NCBI GenBank assembly: GCA_033761835.1
Contig: JANRME010000304.1
Location: forward strand, 5,686-69,685
Source of the DNA: Saprospiraceae bacterium
Lineage (GTDB): Bacteria; Bacteroidota; Bacteroidia; Chitinophagales; Saprospiraceae
Reading direction: 5' to 3'
Length of the DNA: 64,000 bases
The notes beneath the pieces are model-generated. The model saw only the letters and a list, made by a program, of their open reading frames with translations. It was not told the origin of the DNA and did not search any database. The translations under genes were made by a program, and so were the position numbers. Shown in pieces: positions 54,821 through 64,000 of this stretch; positions within the stretch are counted from its first letter, which is position 1; every line of letters begins with the position of its first letter.

Positions 54821-57343
54821 CTATTCTTCTTCTTCAAAAATAGCTCTACCGCTCCGATCGATAATCGTCACACCCGCTTGTTGTGTACCCATCAGCAAAA
54901 TATCTTGTACGTTTACATGCGGCGGACGCGTGATCGCCCAAAGGATTGCATCGGCTACATCGCTCGCATTTAAGGGTTTAAAATCTTCATAAATCCTGGC
55001 TCTTTCGGCATCGCCATCAAACCGAACCAATGCAAATTCCGTCTCTTCTACATGCCCGGGCGCAACCTGGCTTACTCGAATATTGTAGGAATGCAAATCC
55101 AAACGCATCCCTTTGGTTAAGGCTTCTACCGCGAATTTGGAGGCGCAATACACATTTCCATTCGGATAGACTTCTTTACCCGCGGTCGAACTGATATTGA
55201 TGATATGTCCTTTTCTGCGCTTCACCATCAAAGGCGCTACGACACGTGTCATGTATAGCAAACCCTTCACATTCGTATCAATCATTTCTTCCCAATGCTC
55301 CAATTTTCCTTCGTGGATTGGATGGAAACCTTTGGCTTTGCCAGCGTTATTAATTAGTATATCAATAGCTTGCCAATCTTCGCCGAGGTTTTCAATAGCA
55401 CGTTCCACTGCATTTACATCCCGGACATCGAAATCAAGCGTTTTTATTTTGATATCATATTCGGACTCCAATTCTTTCTCCAGATCATCCAAACGTTCTT
55501 TGCGACGACCAGTAAGGATTAAATCGAAACCATTTTCTGCTAATAATGTTGCCGTAGTTCGCCCAATGCCAGAAGTCGCGCCAGTGATCAGCGCAATTTT
55601 GCCTTCACCCGGAAGTTTCGCTTTTAGAGTTTCTGCTGCCTCCGCTTGCTTTGCCGCCTCTTCTTCTTGTGTTTTCAGCATTTCCTCCAATTGTTGGATA
55701 CTTTGCTTGAGGGCCTCGATTGTTTCATGCGTAGCAGCCGATTCAGGATAAGCGGTCACTTTATACTCAAAAGCTTTGTCGTTTTCCGGGGTTTTTAACT
55801 CTGGATTGATTTTTATAGCGCGCAAGTAGTATTCACGGGCGGTTTCTTTATTTCCCATTCGATGGTATGACATCGCCAAATCATAATTGGCAAATGGATG
55901 TTTTGGATTCGCTTTTAGCGTTTTTTCAAAATATTTGATTGCTTTTTTAGGTTTGTCCAATTGTTCCGCTAACAAATTGGCGTAGCGATACGTGGCATCC
56001 ATATTGTTTTCATCATATTTAGCAGCTTTTTTGAAATATTTAGCAGCTTGTTCTATTTGATCCGGATATTGTGCAGCTACGACCATGCCCAGGCGATAGT
56101 ACGCATCGGCGTTTTCATCGTTGATCTCTACCAACTTTTCGTAAGAATTTTTTGCCAGCAGAAAATCTTGTTTTAATTCAGCCAATTGTCCAATGAGTAA
56201 AAGCGCCTCTTCGTTTTCAGGTTCTATTTCTAAAGCGGCATCCAATTGATTAATGCTTTCCGATTGATTGTCAGTATATTGTGCCAATAAAACGGCATAA
56301 GCATAGCGCAACGCAAAACTTCCAGGATGGAATGAAATATAATCTGCTAAAGAACTTAAAGCGCTTTGTACATCGCCGGAATTGGCAGCATCATAAGCGG
56401 TTTCAACCCAATTTTGAATCTGGGCTTCACCAATGGGTTCTTCTTCTAAATCTTTCTCTTCTGGCTCAGGCGCTGCTTCGATTTCAATTGGGGGTTCTAT
56501 TTTCGATTCAATATGTTCAAATTCAAAATTGCCATTTGAACTGGGTTCTGGCTCATACATTTTTTCTGCTTCTTCAACTATGGCAACAGGAGTTTCGGCT
56601 ATTTTTTCTTCCAGTATAGGTTCTTCCACATTAGGGTGGGATTCCACTTCTATCTCCTGTTTAATTTCAACAATCGGCGGCAAAGTTTCAACCGGTGCGG
56701 TTGGCTCAAAAGTAGGCTTCGGTGCAATGGGCATCAACGGTGGCAAATCGCGGAAAGCCCGCCAGCCATTGTCATCATTGGTAAAACGGAAAAAACGCTC
56801 GTAGCTATTGGCAATAAAATCAGGGTATTCCAAAAAATCCATGTTGCGCAAAGTCCTCAGAAACTCTCCGATTTCACCCGAAATATCGCGCATCACACGT
56901 AAGTACTGATTAAACTTTTCTTCGTCCAATTCATCGTGCAATTGGCGCTTTTGCTTGCGCAAATCGAGATATTGATCTTGCCAATAATTGATATATTTGA
57001 TAATATCGCTCACGCGATCAAATTGCGTGGGAGCGCTGATGGGTTGCCCTGTATTATCATCTTTGGTTTGGCCATCTACAATCACAGGTAATATATCGGA
57101 GCCGCGTTCTTGTAGAAACTTCAAGCCACCACTCATGCACTGCGCGGATTTCAGGAAATTATCGCTGATGACCAACAGAACTGGTCCGCGTTTACCACGC
57201 AATTGAGTGCTGAGCGATTCGTCGTTAGTGGTTCGTTTGCAGTAAAAATGTTCAAACGAGTAGGAGGCCCTGCTCAATTGGCGTTCGATTTCTTCTGCAA
57301 TTCTAATGTTGTCAATGCAGTATGCTAAAGCTATACTTTTCAT
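54821..57343 (-). CDS. Multidomain protein: TIR-like N-domain, acidic Pro/Glu linker, TPR repeats, C-terminal classical SDR oxidoreductase
   Basis: 840 aa. Residues 1-75 (SIALAYCIDNIRIAEEIERQL...GPVLLVISDNFLKSAQC) follow the TIR_2-like beta-alpha pattern. Residues ~205-310 are a P/E-rich low-complexity stretch. Residues ~310-560 hold several 34-aa TPR-like repeats (AYYRLGMV..., AKYFKKAAKYDENN..., AIKYFEKTLKANPKH..., AREYYLRAIKINPE). The C-terminus has ALITGATSGIGRTTA (TGxxxGxG), NNAG and YCASKFAV (YxxxK). Confidence 0.7.
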   Translation of the reverse strand: MKSIALAYCIDNIRIAEEIERQLSRASYSFEHFYCKRTTNDESLSTQLRGKRGPVLLVISDNFLKSAQCMSGGLKFLQERGSDILPVIVDGQTKDDNTGQPISAPTQFDRVSDIIKYINYWQDQYLDLRKQKRQLHDELDEEKFNQYLRVMRDISGEIGEFLRTLRNMDFLEYPDFIANSYERFFRFTNDDNGWRAFRDLPPLMPIAPKPTFEPTAPVETLPPIVEIKQEIEVESHPNVEEPILEEKIAETPVAIVEEAEKMYEPEPSSNGNFEFEHIESKIEPPIEIEAAPEPEEKDLEEEPIGEAQIQNWVETAYDAANSGDVQSALSSLADYISFHPGSFALRYAYAVLLAQYTDNQSESINQLDAALEIEPENEEALLLIGQLAELKQDFLLAKNSYEKLVEINDENADAYYRLGMVVAAQYPDQIEQAAKYFKKAAKYDENNMDATYRYANLLAEQLDKPKKAIKYFEKTLKANPKHPFANYDLAMSYHRMGNKETAREYYLRAIKINPELKTPENDKAFEYKVTAYPESAATHETIEALKQSIQQLEEMLKTQEEEAAKQAEAAETLKAKLPGEGKIALITGATSGIGRTTATLLAENGFDLILTGRRKERLDDLEKELESEYDIKIKTLDFDVRDVNAVERAIENLGEDWQAIDILINNAGKAKGFHPIHEGKLEHWEEMIDTNVKGLLYMTRVVAPLMVKRRKGHIINISSTAGKEVYPNGNVYCASKFAVEALTKGMRLDLHSYNIRVSQVAPGHVEETEFALVRFDGDAERARIYEDFKPLNASDVADAILWAITRPPHVNVQDILLMGTQQAGVTIIDRSGRAIFEEEE

Positions 57344-57428
57344 GTGTTGGTTCTAAGAATTTTGTTTTTTGGAATTTAAAGCCCTTAATAAAACAATCGA
57401 AATTCATTAAATCTTCAAAATTAAGCAT

Positions 57429-58796
57429 TTATAATTCTTCTGCCATCAATTCCTTGATAAAAGTATCAAATTTTTGTTTAAAATTTTGGTATTCGCTGGT
57501 CGCGGGCCCTGAAAACCCGGTGTGAATGCGCCGAACTTTATTCTGCCGATCAATAAAAATCATGGTCGGAAAAGAAATCACGCGATTGAGCATCGGAAGT
57601 GCTTTGCTTGCTTTGGTCTTGACATCAGAACCAGCATATAGAATCTCATAATCTATTCCAAAAAATTCCTTGTACTTTAGAATGGCAGCCCGAGCTTTGC
57701 TCTCATCGTTGTGGCGCTCAAAAGCCAGTCCAATAATTTCCAGGTCATCGTTTGGGTTATTTTTTAAATAATCCAATAAAAATTCAGTTTCATCTCTACA
57801 ATTAGGACACCAAGTGCCCATAATTTGTACGATCTTTATTTTATCCTGGTATTTTGGATCATCAAGTGAGATGGTTTTACCGTCTGGATTTTTAAATGCA
57901 AAAGTAAATTTATCATAACCAGGATTGAGGTAAGTCAAGGAATCTGCATTGCCCAGGCGAAACTCAGAGTTGCGTCGTGCCGTCCAAGTGGTGGTATAAT
58001 GCTTGCCCGACCACCAAGTACCAAATAATGTACTGTCGGCTTGAATTTTGGCTTCAAAAAGATAAGCGTGCGAACCATCAAATGCTGAAAGATAAAGCTT
58101 ATCACCTTGAACCGTACCCTCCAAAAAGCGATGGTCGCCGGTTTCGGTCATAAAAGTACCATTCAGGTTATTTCCTTTTTGTACAAATTCGCCAATCCCT
58201 TTTTCTTCATCTTCTGTGTCAGGCGAAAATGTTACCTCCCAGCGCCCGGTGGCATCCAATGTAGGTGTTTCTTTCATTTTGGTGAAGCGATGCGACAGGC
58301 CTTGACGGGCAACAAATGGAATTCGATAGTCCACATTTCGATTATTCACTACCCATTCACCTTGAATGATATTTTCATGATAAATTCCCTTTATATAAGA
58401 ATCGAATACAGGGAAATTAATTACAATCGTATCTTTTGCAATGCGTTTATCTCTGCCGATGACGATGTCATCCAAGCGAATACGCTCTTCACCATTTATA
58501 ATTTCAATATAAAATTTAGTATCATTTTCATACTTTACTTCAAAAGTGAATGGAAGCTCTCCTGAATTGATACGATCAATTCGATTAGGAATTTCCTCAT
58601 CATCGGCTGTGCCGCCCTTCGTTGTACTGGCTGCCACAGGATCAAGCGTCAGAACGGCTCGCCAATAACCTGGCGCTAAACCTGTATAAGGATTTTCAGC
58701 TACAAAACAACCGGAATTTACCACGATTGCGATTATAGCAATTAGCAAGAATATTTTATTTTGCGCAAATGTTGTGGTCATATTTTTATAAGTCAT
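57429..58796 (-). CDS. Lipoprotein with C-terminal TlpA/ResA-like thioredoxin domain
   Basis: 455 aa. Hydrophobic N-terminus with NSGC. The C-terminal domain carries GTWCPNC (CxxC). Confidence 0.75.
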   Translation of the reverse strand: MTYKNMTTTFAQNKIFLLIAIIAIVVNSGCFVAENPYTGLAPGYWRAVLTLDPVAASTTKGGTADDEEIPNRIDRINSGELPFTFEVKYENDTKFYIEIINGEERIRLDDIVIGRDKRIAKDTIVINFPVFDSYIKGIYHENIIQGEWVVNNRNVDYRIPFVARQGLSHRFTKMKETPTLDATGRWEVTFSPDTEDEEKGIGEFVQKGNNLNGTFMTETGDHRFLEGTVQGDKLYLSAFDGSHAYLFEAKIQADSTLFGTWWSGKHYTTTWTARRNSEFRLGNADSLTYLNPGYDKFTFAFKNPDGKTISLDDPKYQDKIKIVQIMGTWCPNCRDETEFLLDYLKNNPNDDLEIIGLAFERHNDESKARAAILKYKEFFGIDYEILYAGSDVKTKASKALPMLNRVISFPTMIFIDRQNKVRRIHTGFSGPATSEYQNFKQKFDTFIKELMAEEL

Positions 58797-58860
58797 TGTT
58801 TCAATGTAGGAAAGGCTTTTGGAAGGATAATTGTTTAAGAATATAATGGATTTCCATTCG

Positions 58861-59388
58861 TTATCCTTTCTCTCCTACAAAATGATGCTCCTTGTATTTG
58901 AACAATATATTGAAGGTAGTCAGACTCCCGTAAATGCGCGTCAGGTATTGCTGCAAGTTAATTTTATCCTCATCTGTCAATTTCTCGCTCGTATTGATGC
59001 GTTGTTCCATTACACGAAGCCTATCACGTACCATTACGATTTTATGGAAAAAAGTTTCAATTGGAAACTCTTTTTCTTTCAAAGAATTGTCAGAAGGCTT
59101 TAGAATCATGGTACCGCCAACCCAACGATCACCCAAAGGCACTTCTTCGGAAATGTCGGAAAAGTCGCGCAAAATTTTGATTAATGATTTCTCGGCTTCA
59201 CTAAAAGTGACGTTTTCTTCGGCAGGAAGCGCTTCTATGATGTCCCATTTATCATAATCTCTGCCCACTTGTTTGATGCCGTACAACATAAAACACACTT
59301 CATAAGCCGCTTTGTGTAAGCGAATAATAACACCATCACCGTAAGCGGGATGTTTTACTCTGGAGCCGATTCCCAATGGATTGCCCAT
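58861..59388 (-). CDS. Conserved hypothetical protein
   Basis: 175 aa counted from the ATG (CAT at 59386-59388); the listed ORF begins at a GTG at 59397. No family recognised. Confidence 0.55.
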   Translation of the reverse strand: MGNPLGIGSRVKHPAYGDGVIIRLHKAAYEVCFMLYGIKQVGRDYDKWDIIEALPAEENVTFSEAEKSLIKILRDFSDISEEVPLGDRWVGGTMILKPSDNSLKEKEFPIETFFHKIVMVRDRLRVMEQRINTSEKLTDEDKINLQQYLTRIYGSLTTFNILFKYKEHHFVGEKG

Positions 59389-59603
59389 AATAAACACTTA
59401 ATGATTGGTTTGTAAGTTTACTGTGCCAAATTTGAGAAAATTCTTGAACAAGTTGACGTATTTCATGCTCCTAATGCTGAAAGTAGCAGATCGCCACATT
59501 TTGTTAATATTAAAAATTACTCAGACGATATTTTCTCGTCATTTTTATATCAAATCAAAAACAACCAGACTGAAATCCTGTTGAAAGACCTTAACATTGT
59601 GCT

Positions 59604-60638
59604 ATGAAATTGCAAAACGATTTGCTTTTAAGAGTTGCTAATGGGCAAGCGGTCGAGCGCCCGCCCGTTTGGCTGATGCGTCAGGCAGGACGTATCTTGC
59701 CCGAATACCGCGCTGTGCGAGAGAAATTGCACGATTTTAAAGAATTGGTGACCACTCCCGAACGTGCAGCAGAAGTCACGATTCAGCCTGTAAATATTTT
59801 GGGGGTGGATGCGGCCATCATTTTCTCTGATATTTTGGTGATTCCTGAAGCTTTGGGCTTGGATTATGAAATGGAAGAAAAACGCGGTCCGATTTTTCCA
59901 AAAACCATTCAAATTCAAAGAGATATTGACATCTTGCGCTCAAGTGAAGAAGCGGCTGCGCATTTGCAATACGTTTATGATGCTTTGCAAATCACTAAAA
60001 GCGAATTGAATGGGCGTGTGCCGCTCATTGGTTTTTGTGGTGCACCATGGACATTGCTGGCGTATATGGTGGAAGGTTCAGGTAGCAAAACATTTTCTAA
60101 AGCAAAAAAATTTCTTTATACACAACCGATTGAATCTCATAGCCTACTGCAAAAAATCACGGATGCTTCGATTGCTTATTTGAAAAAACAAATTCAGAAC
60201 GGGGCCGATTTGGTACAAATTTTCGATTCCTGGGCGGGCATTTTGAGTCCTGCGCAGTACCAGGAGTTTTCGGCAAAATACATTGCACAAATTTGTAATG
60301 AGATTACCGAAGCTCCGATCACGATTTTTGCCAAAGGTGCTTGGTTTGCGCTGGAAGATTTTGCCAGGATGGATTGTAATATCATTGGTTTGGATTGGAA
60401 TATGGATCCGACTGAGAGCCGAAGAAAGATAGGGGTGACTAAAGCTTTGCAAGGAAATCTTGATCCTTGTTGTTTGTATGCTTCCACCGAACAAATTCGG
60501 AAGGAAACGAATGCGATGCTTCGGGCTTTTGGTGGTAAGCATATTGCCAATCTTGGTCATGGGGTTTATCCGGATACACCTTTGGACGGCGTCCGCGCTT
60601 TTATTGAGACGGTACAGGCATTCCGTTATGAATCCTAA
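59604..60638 (+). CDS. hemE: Uroporphyrinogen decarboxylase
   Basis: Hallmark [15 protein letters not shown] and the downstream URO-D blocks. Confidence 0.95.
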   Translation: MKLQNDLLLRVANGQAVERPPVWLMRQAGRILPEYRAVREKLHDFKELVTTPERAAEVTIQPVNILGVDAAIIFSDILVIPEALGLDYEMEEKRGPIFPKTIQIQRDIDILRSSEEAAAHLQYVYDALQITKSELNGRVPLIGFCGAPWTLLAYMVEGSGSKTFSKAKKFLYTQPIESHSLLQKITDASIAYLKKQIQNGADLVQIFDSWAGILSPAQYQEFSAKYIAQICNEITEAPITIFAKGAWFALEDFARMDCNIIGLDWNMDPTESRRKIGVTKALQGNLDPCCLYASTEQIRKETNAMLRAFGGKHIANLGHGVYPDTPLDGVRAFIETVQAFRYES

Positions 60639-60761
60639 AACTTTTGGGTAATTTTTATCGTTTATCGCTTCTGTGTTTTAATTTTGAATTTTGCTTGGAA
60701 TATTTTAAGTGTGGCACATTTTCAAAATGCGCCACACTTTCATACAATAATAAATAATAAT

Positions 60762-61640
60762 ATGGGTTGGTTCAGACGACTCAGAGAAGGTATCCAAACA
60801 GCAACCAGAAACAAAAAAGAGGCACCCGAAGGCTTGTGGTATCAGTGTAAAGAGTGCAAGGAAACTTCCACAATGAAGGAATTGAAAGAAAATTTCTTCA
60901 AATGCCCAAGTTGCAATTATCATGTTCGGATTAGCTCTAAAGATTATTTCTCTTTGTTATTCGATAGCAATTATGACGAGCTTTTCGGCAATCTTCGAGC
61001 CAAAGATATGCTTGGTTTTACTGATTTGAAACCCTATCCAAAGCGATTGGAAGAAACCATCAAAAAAACAAGATTGACTGAGGCTATGACAGTAGCCAAA
61101 GGCAGAGTGAATAAACGCTCGCTGGTGGTAGCAGCTATGGACTTCAATTTTATTGGCGGCTCGATGGGTTCTGTGGTCGGCGAAAAAATTTCCCTATCGA
61201 TTGACCATTGCTTGGAACATCGCATTCCACTTTTGATTATTTCAAAATCAGGTGGCGCGCGGATGATGGAAGCCGCGTTTTCGTTGATGCAAATGGCAAA
61301 AACAGCAGCTAAATTGACCTTGTTGGCGAAATCTGGCATTCCGTATTTTTCGATGCTCACCGACCCGACGACTGGTGGTGTGACGGCCTCTTACGCGATG
61401 CTGGGGGATATTAATTTTGCTGAACCCAAGGCACTGATTGGCTTTGCCGGGCCGCGCGTCATTCGGGAAACGATCAAACGCGATTTGCCAGAAGGTTTTC
61501 AAACCGCAGAGTTTTTATTAGAGAGTGGTTTTCTTGACAATGTCGTAGATAGAAAGGATTTGAAGGAATATATTTCGGATTTGCTTTATTTGTTTGATGA
61601 GAAAAATCGTGTATTGACAACGGATATGGATAGTTTATAA
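60762..61640 (+). CDS. accD: Acetyl-CoA carboxylase carboxyltransferase beta subunit
   Basis: ATG at 60762 (MGWFRRL...). Zn ribbon CKECKE...CPSCNYH. Carboxyltransferase block FIGGSMGSVVGEK. Confidence 0.9.
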   Translation: MGWFRRLREGIQTATRNKKEAPEGLWYQCKECKETSTMKELKENFFKCPSCNYHVRISSKDYFSLLFDSNYDELFGNLRAKDMLGFTDLKPYPKRLEETIKKTRLTEAMTVAKGRVNKRSLVVAAMDFNFIGGSMGSVVGEKISLSIDHCLEHRIPLLIISKSGGARMMEAAFSLMQMAKTAAKLTLLAKSGIPYFSMLTDPTTGGVTASYAMLGDINFAEPKALIGFAGPRVIRETIKRDLPEGFQTAEFLLESGFLDNVVDRKDLKEYISDLLYLFDEKNRVLTTDMDSL

Positions 61641-61690
61641 AAGCTTGAAGAGCAAGAGTTTAAAAATTAAAAAAAAATCAAAATATAACT

Positions 61691-62245
61691 ATGAGAATCA
61701 TATCCATCTTCTTACTATCCCTTCTTTTATTTTCCTGCAATCCGCGAACAACAGGCTCGCTGCCGACTACCGATCAGTTGCCAAAAGTAGATGCCGAAGC
61801 TAATCTGCAAAAACTTGGAATCAATCTGCCGAAACCCTCGTCACCAGTGGCAAATTATGTGAATGCTGTGCGCACGGGCAACTTGATTTTTCTGGCTGGC
61901 AAAGGACCGCTCAAGGATGATGGCACTTATATCACAGGAAAAGTGGGAAAAGATTTGAATGAACGTCAGGGATATGAAGCCGCTAGATTGGTGGGAATCA
62001 ATCAATTAGCTGCCCTGAAAGCTGAAATTGGCGATTTGAATAAAGTAAAACGCATCGTGAAAGTGCTGGGTATGGTGAATTGCACCGACAATTTTACCAA
62101 CCAACCCGAAGTGGTGAATGGTTTCTCCGATTTGATGGTGGCGGTATTTGGCGATCGTGGCAAACACGCTCGCTCGGCAGTGGGAATGTCGTCTTTGCCT
62201 AGAAACATTGCGGTAGAAGTGGAATTGATTGTAGAAGTGGAATAA
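61691..62245 (+). CDS. RidA/YjgF-family protein with lipoprotein signal peptide
   Basis: The N-terminus MRIISIFLLSLLLFSC is a lipobox. The C-terminal ~130 aa has the YjgF/RidA pattern (LIFLAGKGP..., ...ARSAVGMSSLPRNIAVEVELIVEV). Confidence 0.7.
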   Translation: MRIISIFLLSLLLFSCNPRTTGSLPTTDQLPKVDAEANLQKLGINLPKPSSPVANYVNAVRTGNLIFLAGKGPLKDDGTYITGKVGKDLNERQGYEAARLVGINQLAALKAEIGDLNKVKRIVKVLGMVNCTDNFTNQPEVVNGFSDLMVAVFGDRGKHARSAVGMSSLPRNIAVEVELIVEVE

Positions 62246-62369
62246 GGATTTGACCATAAATTGTTTTTTCAAAGGATTTTTAAGCTCCTTCGTTCAACCA
62301 AACCTCCCCTTTATATTTTATATGCTTACTTTGTGTAAAGCATTGTAAAACATACAAAAAATTTAACCT

Positions 62370-63617
62370 ATGATTTCAGCAGAAACCATGCTTTCTTCGC
62401 AGGATTTGATACAATTGGAAGAGCAATACGGAACACATAATTACCATCCATTGCCAGTCGTACTTGCGAAAGGGCGGGGCGTATTCGTATGGGATGTGGA
62501 AGATAAACAATATTATGATTTTTTATCGGCATATTCTGCTGTAAATCAAGGACATTGTCACCCGCGAATTATCAAAGCCTTAGTAGAACAAGCGGGGAAA
62601 TTGACCCTGACTTCGCGGGCATTTTATAATGATGTCTTAGGTCGTTTTGAAAAATACATCACCGAATACTTTGGTTATGATCGCGTACTGCCCATGAATA
62701 CTGGCGTAGAGGGCGGGGAAACTGCCATCAAGCTGGCGCGGAAATGGGGTTACAAAAACAAGGGTATTCCGGTGAATGAAGCAAAAGTTATTTTTGTGAC
62801 CGGCAATTTCTGGGGGCGCACACTTGCTGCGATTTCTGCTTCTACCGATTCTAAAAGCACGAAGGATTTTGGACCTTATATGCCAGGATACAAAATTGTG
62901 CCTTACAATGATTTAACCGCATTGGAAGAAGCTTTGCAAGACCCAACGGTGGCGGGCTTCATGGTAGAACCGATTCAGGGCGAGGCGGGCGTCGTAGTGC
63001 CCGATGATCATTATTTACCTGGAGCTTATAAATTATGTAAAGAATATAATGTTTTATTTATAGCCGATGAAATTCAGACAGGGCTTGGGCGCACGGGAAA
63101 ATTATTATGCTGTGATTATCATAATTTTAAACCCGATATTTTAATTCTTGGCAAAGCCTTATCTGGGGGCACGTATCCTGTATCAGCCATTTTAGCGAAT
63201 GACGAAATTATGCTCAATCTTCGCCCTGGTGAGCATGGCTCAACTTATGGTGGCAATCCATTGGCTTCTGCAGTAGCAATGGAGGCCTTGCAAGTGTTGA
63301 AAGACGAGCGATTGGCAGAAAATGCTTCTCATCTTGGCAATATTTTTCGTGAACGGATGCAGCGAAATTTAGTGGACAAAACGGAGATAGTGACCTCGGT
63401 GCGCGGCAAAGGTTTATTAAACGCAATTGTAGTAAATGATAGCGAAGACGGGGATTTGGCTTGGAATATCTGCATGAAAATGGCGGAAAACGGCTTGTTG
63501 GCAAAACCTACTCACGGCAACATCATTCGATTTGCGCCGCCACTGGTGATGACCGAGGCGCAACTACACGAATGTTGTGACATTATAGAACAAACGATTT
63601 TGACATTTGACGTTTAA
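62370..63617 (+). CDS. rocD: Ornithine--oxo-acid aminotransferase (class III PLP aminotransferase)
   Basis: Contains [29 protein letters not shown] and GKALSGG (PLP Lys). The length is 415 aa. Confidence 0.85.
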   Translation: MISAETMLSSQDLIQLEEQYGTHNYHPLPVVLAKGRGVFVWDVEDKQYYDFLSAYSAVNQGHCHPRIIKALVEQAGKLTLTSRAFYNDVLGRFEKYITEYFGYDRVLPMNTGVEGGETAIKLARKWGYKNKGIPVNEAKVIFVTGNFWGRTLAAISASTDSKSTKDFGPYMPGYKIVPYNDLTALEEALQDPTVAGFMVEPIQGEAGVVVPDDHYLPGAYKLCKEYNVLFIADEIQTGLGRTGKLLCCDYHNFKPDILILGKALSGGTYPVSAILANDEIMLNLRPGEHGSTYGGNPLASAVAMEALQVLKDERLAENASHLGNIFRERMQRNLVDKTEIVTSVRGKGLLNAIVVNDSEDGDLAWNICMKMAENGLLAKPTHGNIIRFAPPLVMTEAQLHECCDIIEQTILTFDV

Positions 63618-63690
63618 TGTTTGTAATTCTGGCATCCTTCGGTCGCCGTAGGCTTACCGTAGGCGATGCTGGTATCTGACATCTTGAAAA

Positions 63691-64000
63691 TGAATTTTAT
63701 CATCTACGATCTGGAGGCAACTTGTTGGCAAGGACGACCACCCTCTCTGGTGCAGGAAATTATTGAAATTGGAGCGGTTCGGCTCAATAACTATGGCGAA
63801 GTGGAAGGCACTTTCAATAGTTTTGTTCGACCTAAAATGCACCCACGACTTTCCGTTTTTTGTCAGGAACTGACGACCATACGGCAGACTGATATTGATC
63901 GGGCGCGTTATTTTCCTGATGTAATTGAAGATTTTCAGGATTGGGCCGAGGTTTTTGATGAAGATTATGTGCTTTGCTCCTGGGGCGGTTTTGATAAAAA
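63691..64000 (+). CDS. DEDDh-type 3'-5' exonuclease (KapD/ERI-1-like), N-terminal part; runs off the window
   Basis: Translated by hand: MNFIIYDLEATCWQGRPPSLVQEIIEIGAVRLNNYGEVEGTFNSFVRPKMHPRLSVFCQELTTIRQTDID... This shows the Exo I motif DLEAT and the typical following blocks. There is no stop before the window end, which is why the ORF track lacks it. Confidence 0.7.

Noticed and set aside
55197-56902. Plus-strand ORFs (55197-55751, 56281-56619, 56433-56804, 56636-56902) inside the TIR-TPR-SDR gene
   Set aside because: They are antisense to a long ORF with clear SDR and TPR motifs. The Ser/Phe-rich products are typical of antisense reading of acidic and TPR regions.
1-64000. Search for CRISPR arrays, tRNA/rRNA genes, integrases, transposases and reverse transcriptases
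   Set aside because: I saw no regularly spaced direct repeats, no tRNA-like T-arm (GGTTCGAAT-type) sequences in intergenic regions, and no recombinase-like ORFs. The only mobile-element-like signature is the 37-bp duplication around the TA cassette.

Overview
The window looks like a chromosomal segment of a Bacteroidota-type genome. Supporting signs are two proteins with T9SS (Por) C-terminal sorting domains, many lipobox lipoproteins, a NUDIX-type arabinose regulator, TAnnTTTG-like promoter elements and no Shine-Dalgarno sites. I found about 57 protein genes and no rRNA, tRNA, CRISPR array, transposase or integrase. Most of the window is housekeeping: topA (3' part), mdh, sucC, pyrR-pyrB, recQ, hemE, accD, ornithine aminotransferase, PolX, amidases, a DMT transporter and a small stress cluster (Hsp20, rhodanese-like, tandem Usp). 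A large L-arabinose/arabinan utilisation locus spans about 28.9-44.0 kb: two GH127-like enzymes, a NUDIX regulator, araB, araD, GH51, HAD, araA, mutarotase and a Na+/solute symporter.

The parts worth a second look are:
1. An AT-rich tandem array of four paralogous lipoprotein genes (2770-5373). Three of them end in a conserved 10-cysteine tail that I cannot assign to any named family.
2. An 840-aa fusion of a TIR-like N-terminal domain, an acidic Pro/Glu linker, TPR repeats and a C-terminal classical SDR (54821-57343).
3. A PIN-toxin/antitoxin cassette of about 0.83 kb sitting between two perfect 37-bp copies of the pyrB 3' end (27822-28725).
4. Two GTA-N5-TAC-cored palindromes in the araR/araB intergenic region, one overlapping a candidate promoter.
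5. An orphan strong intrinsic terminator upstream of recQ, which could mark an sRNA or a leader.

All family assignments come from reading motifs in the translations. No database search was run.
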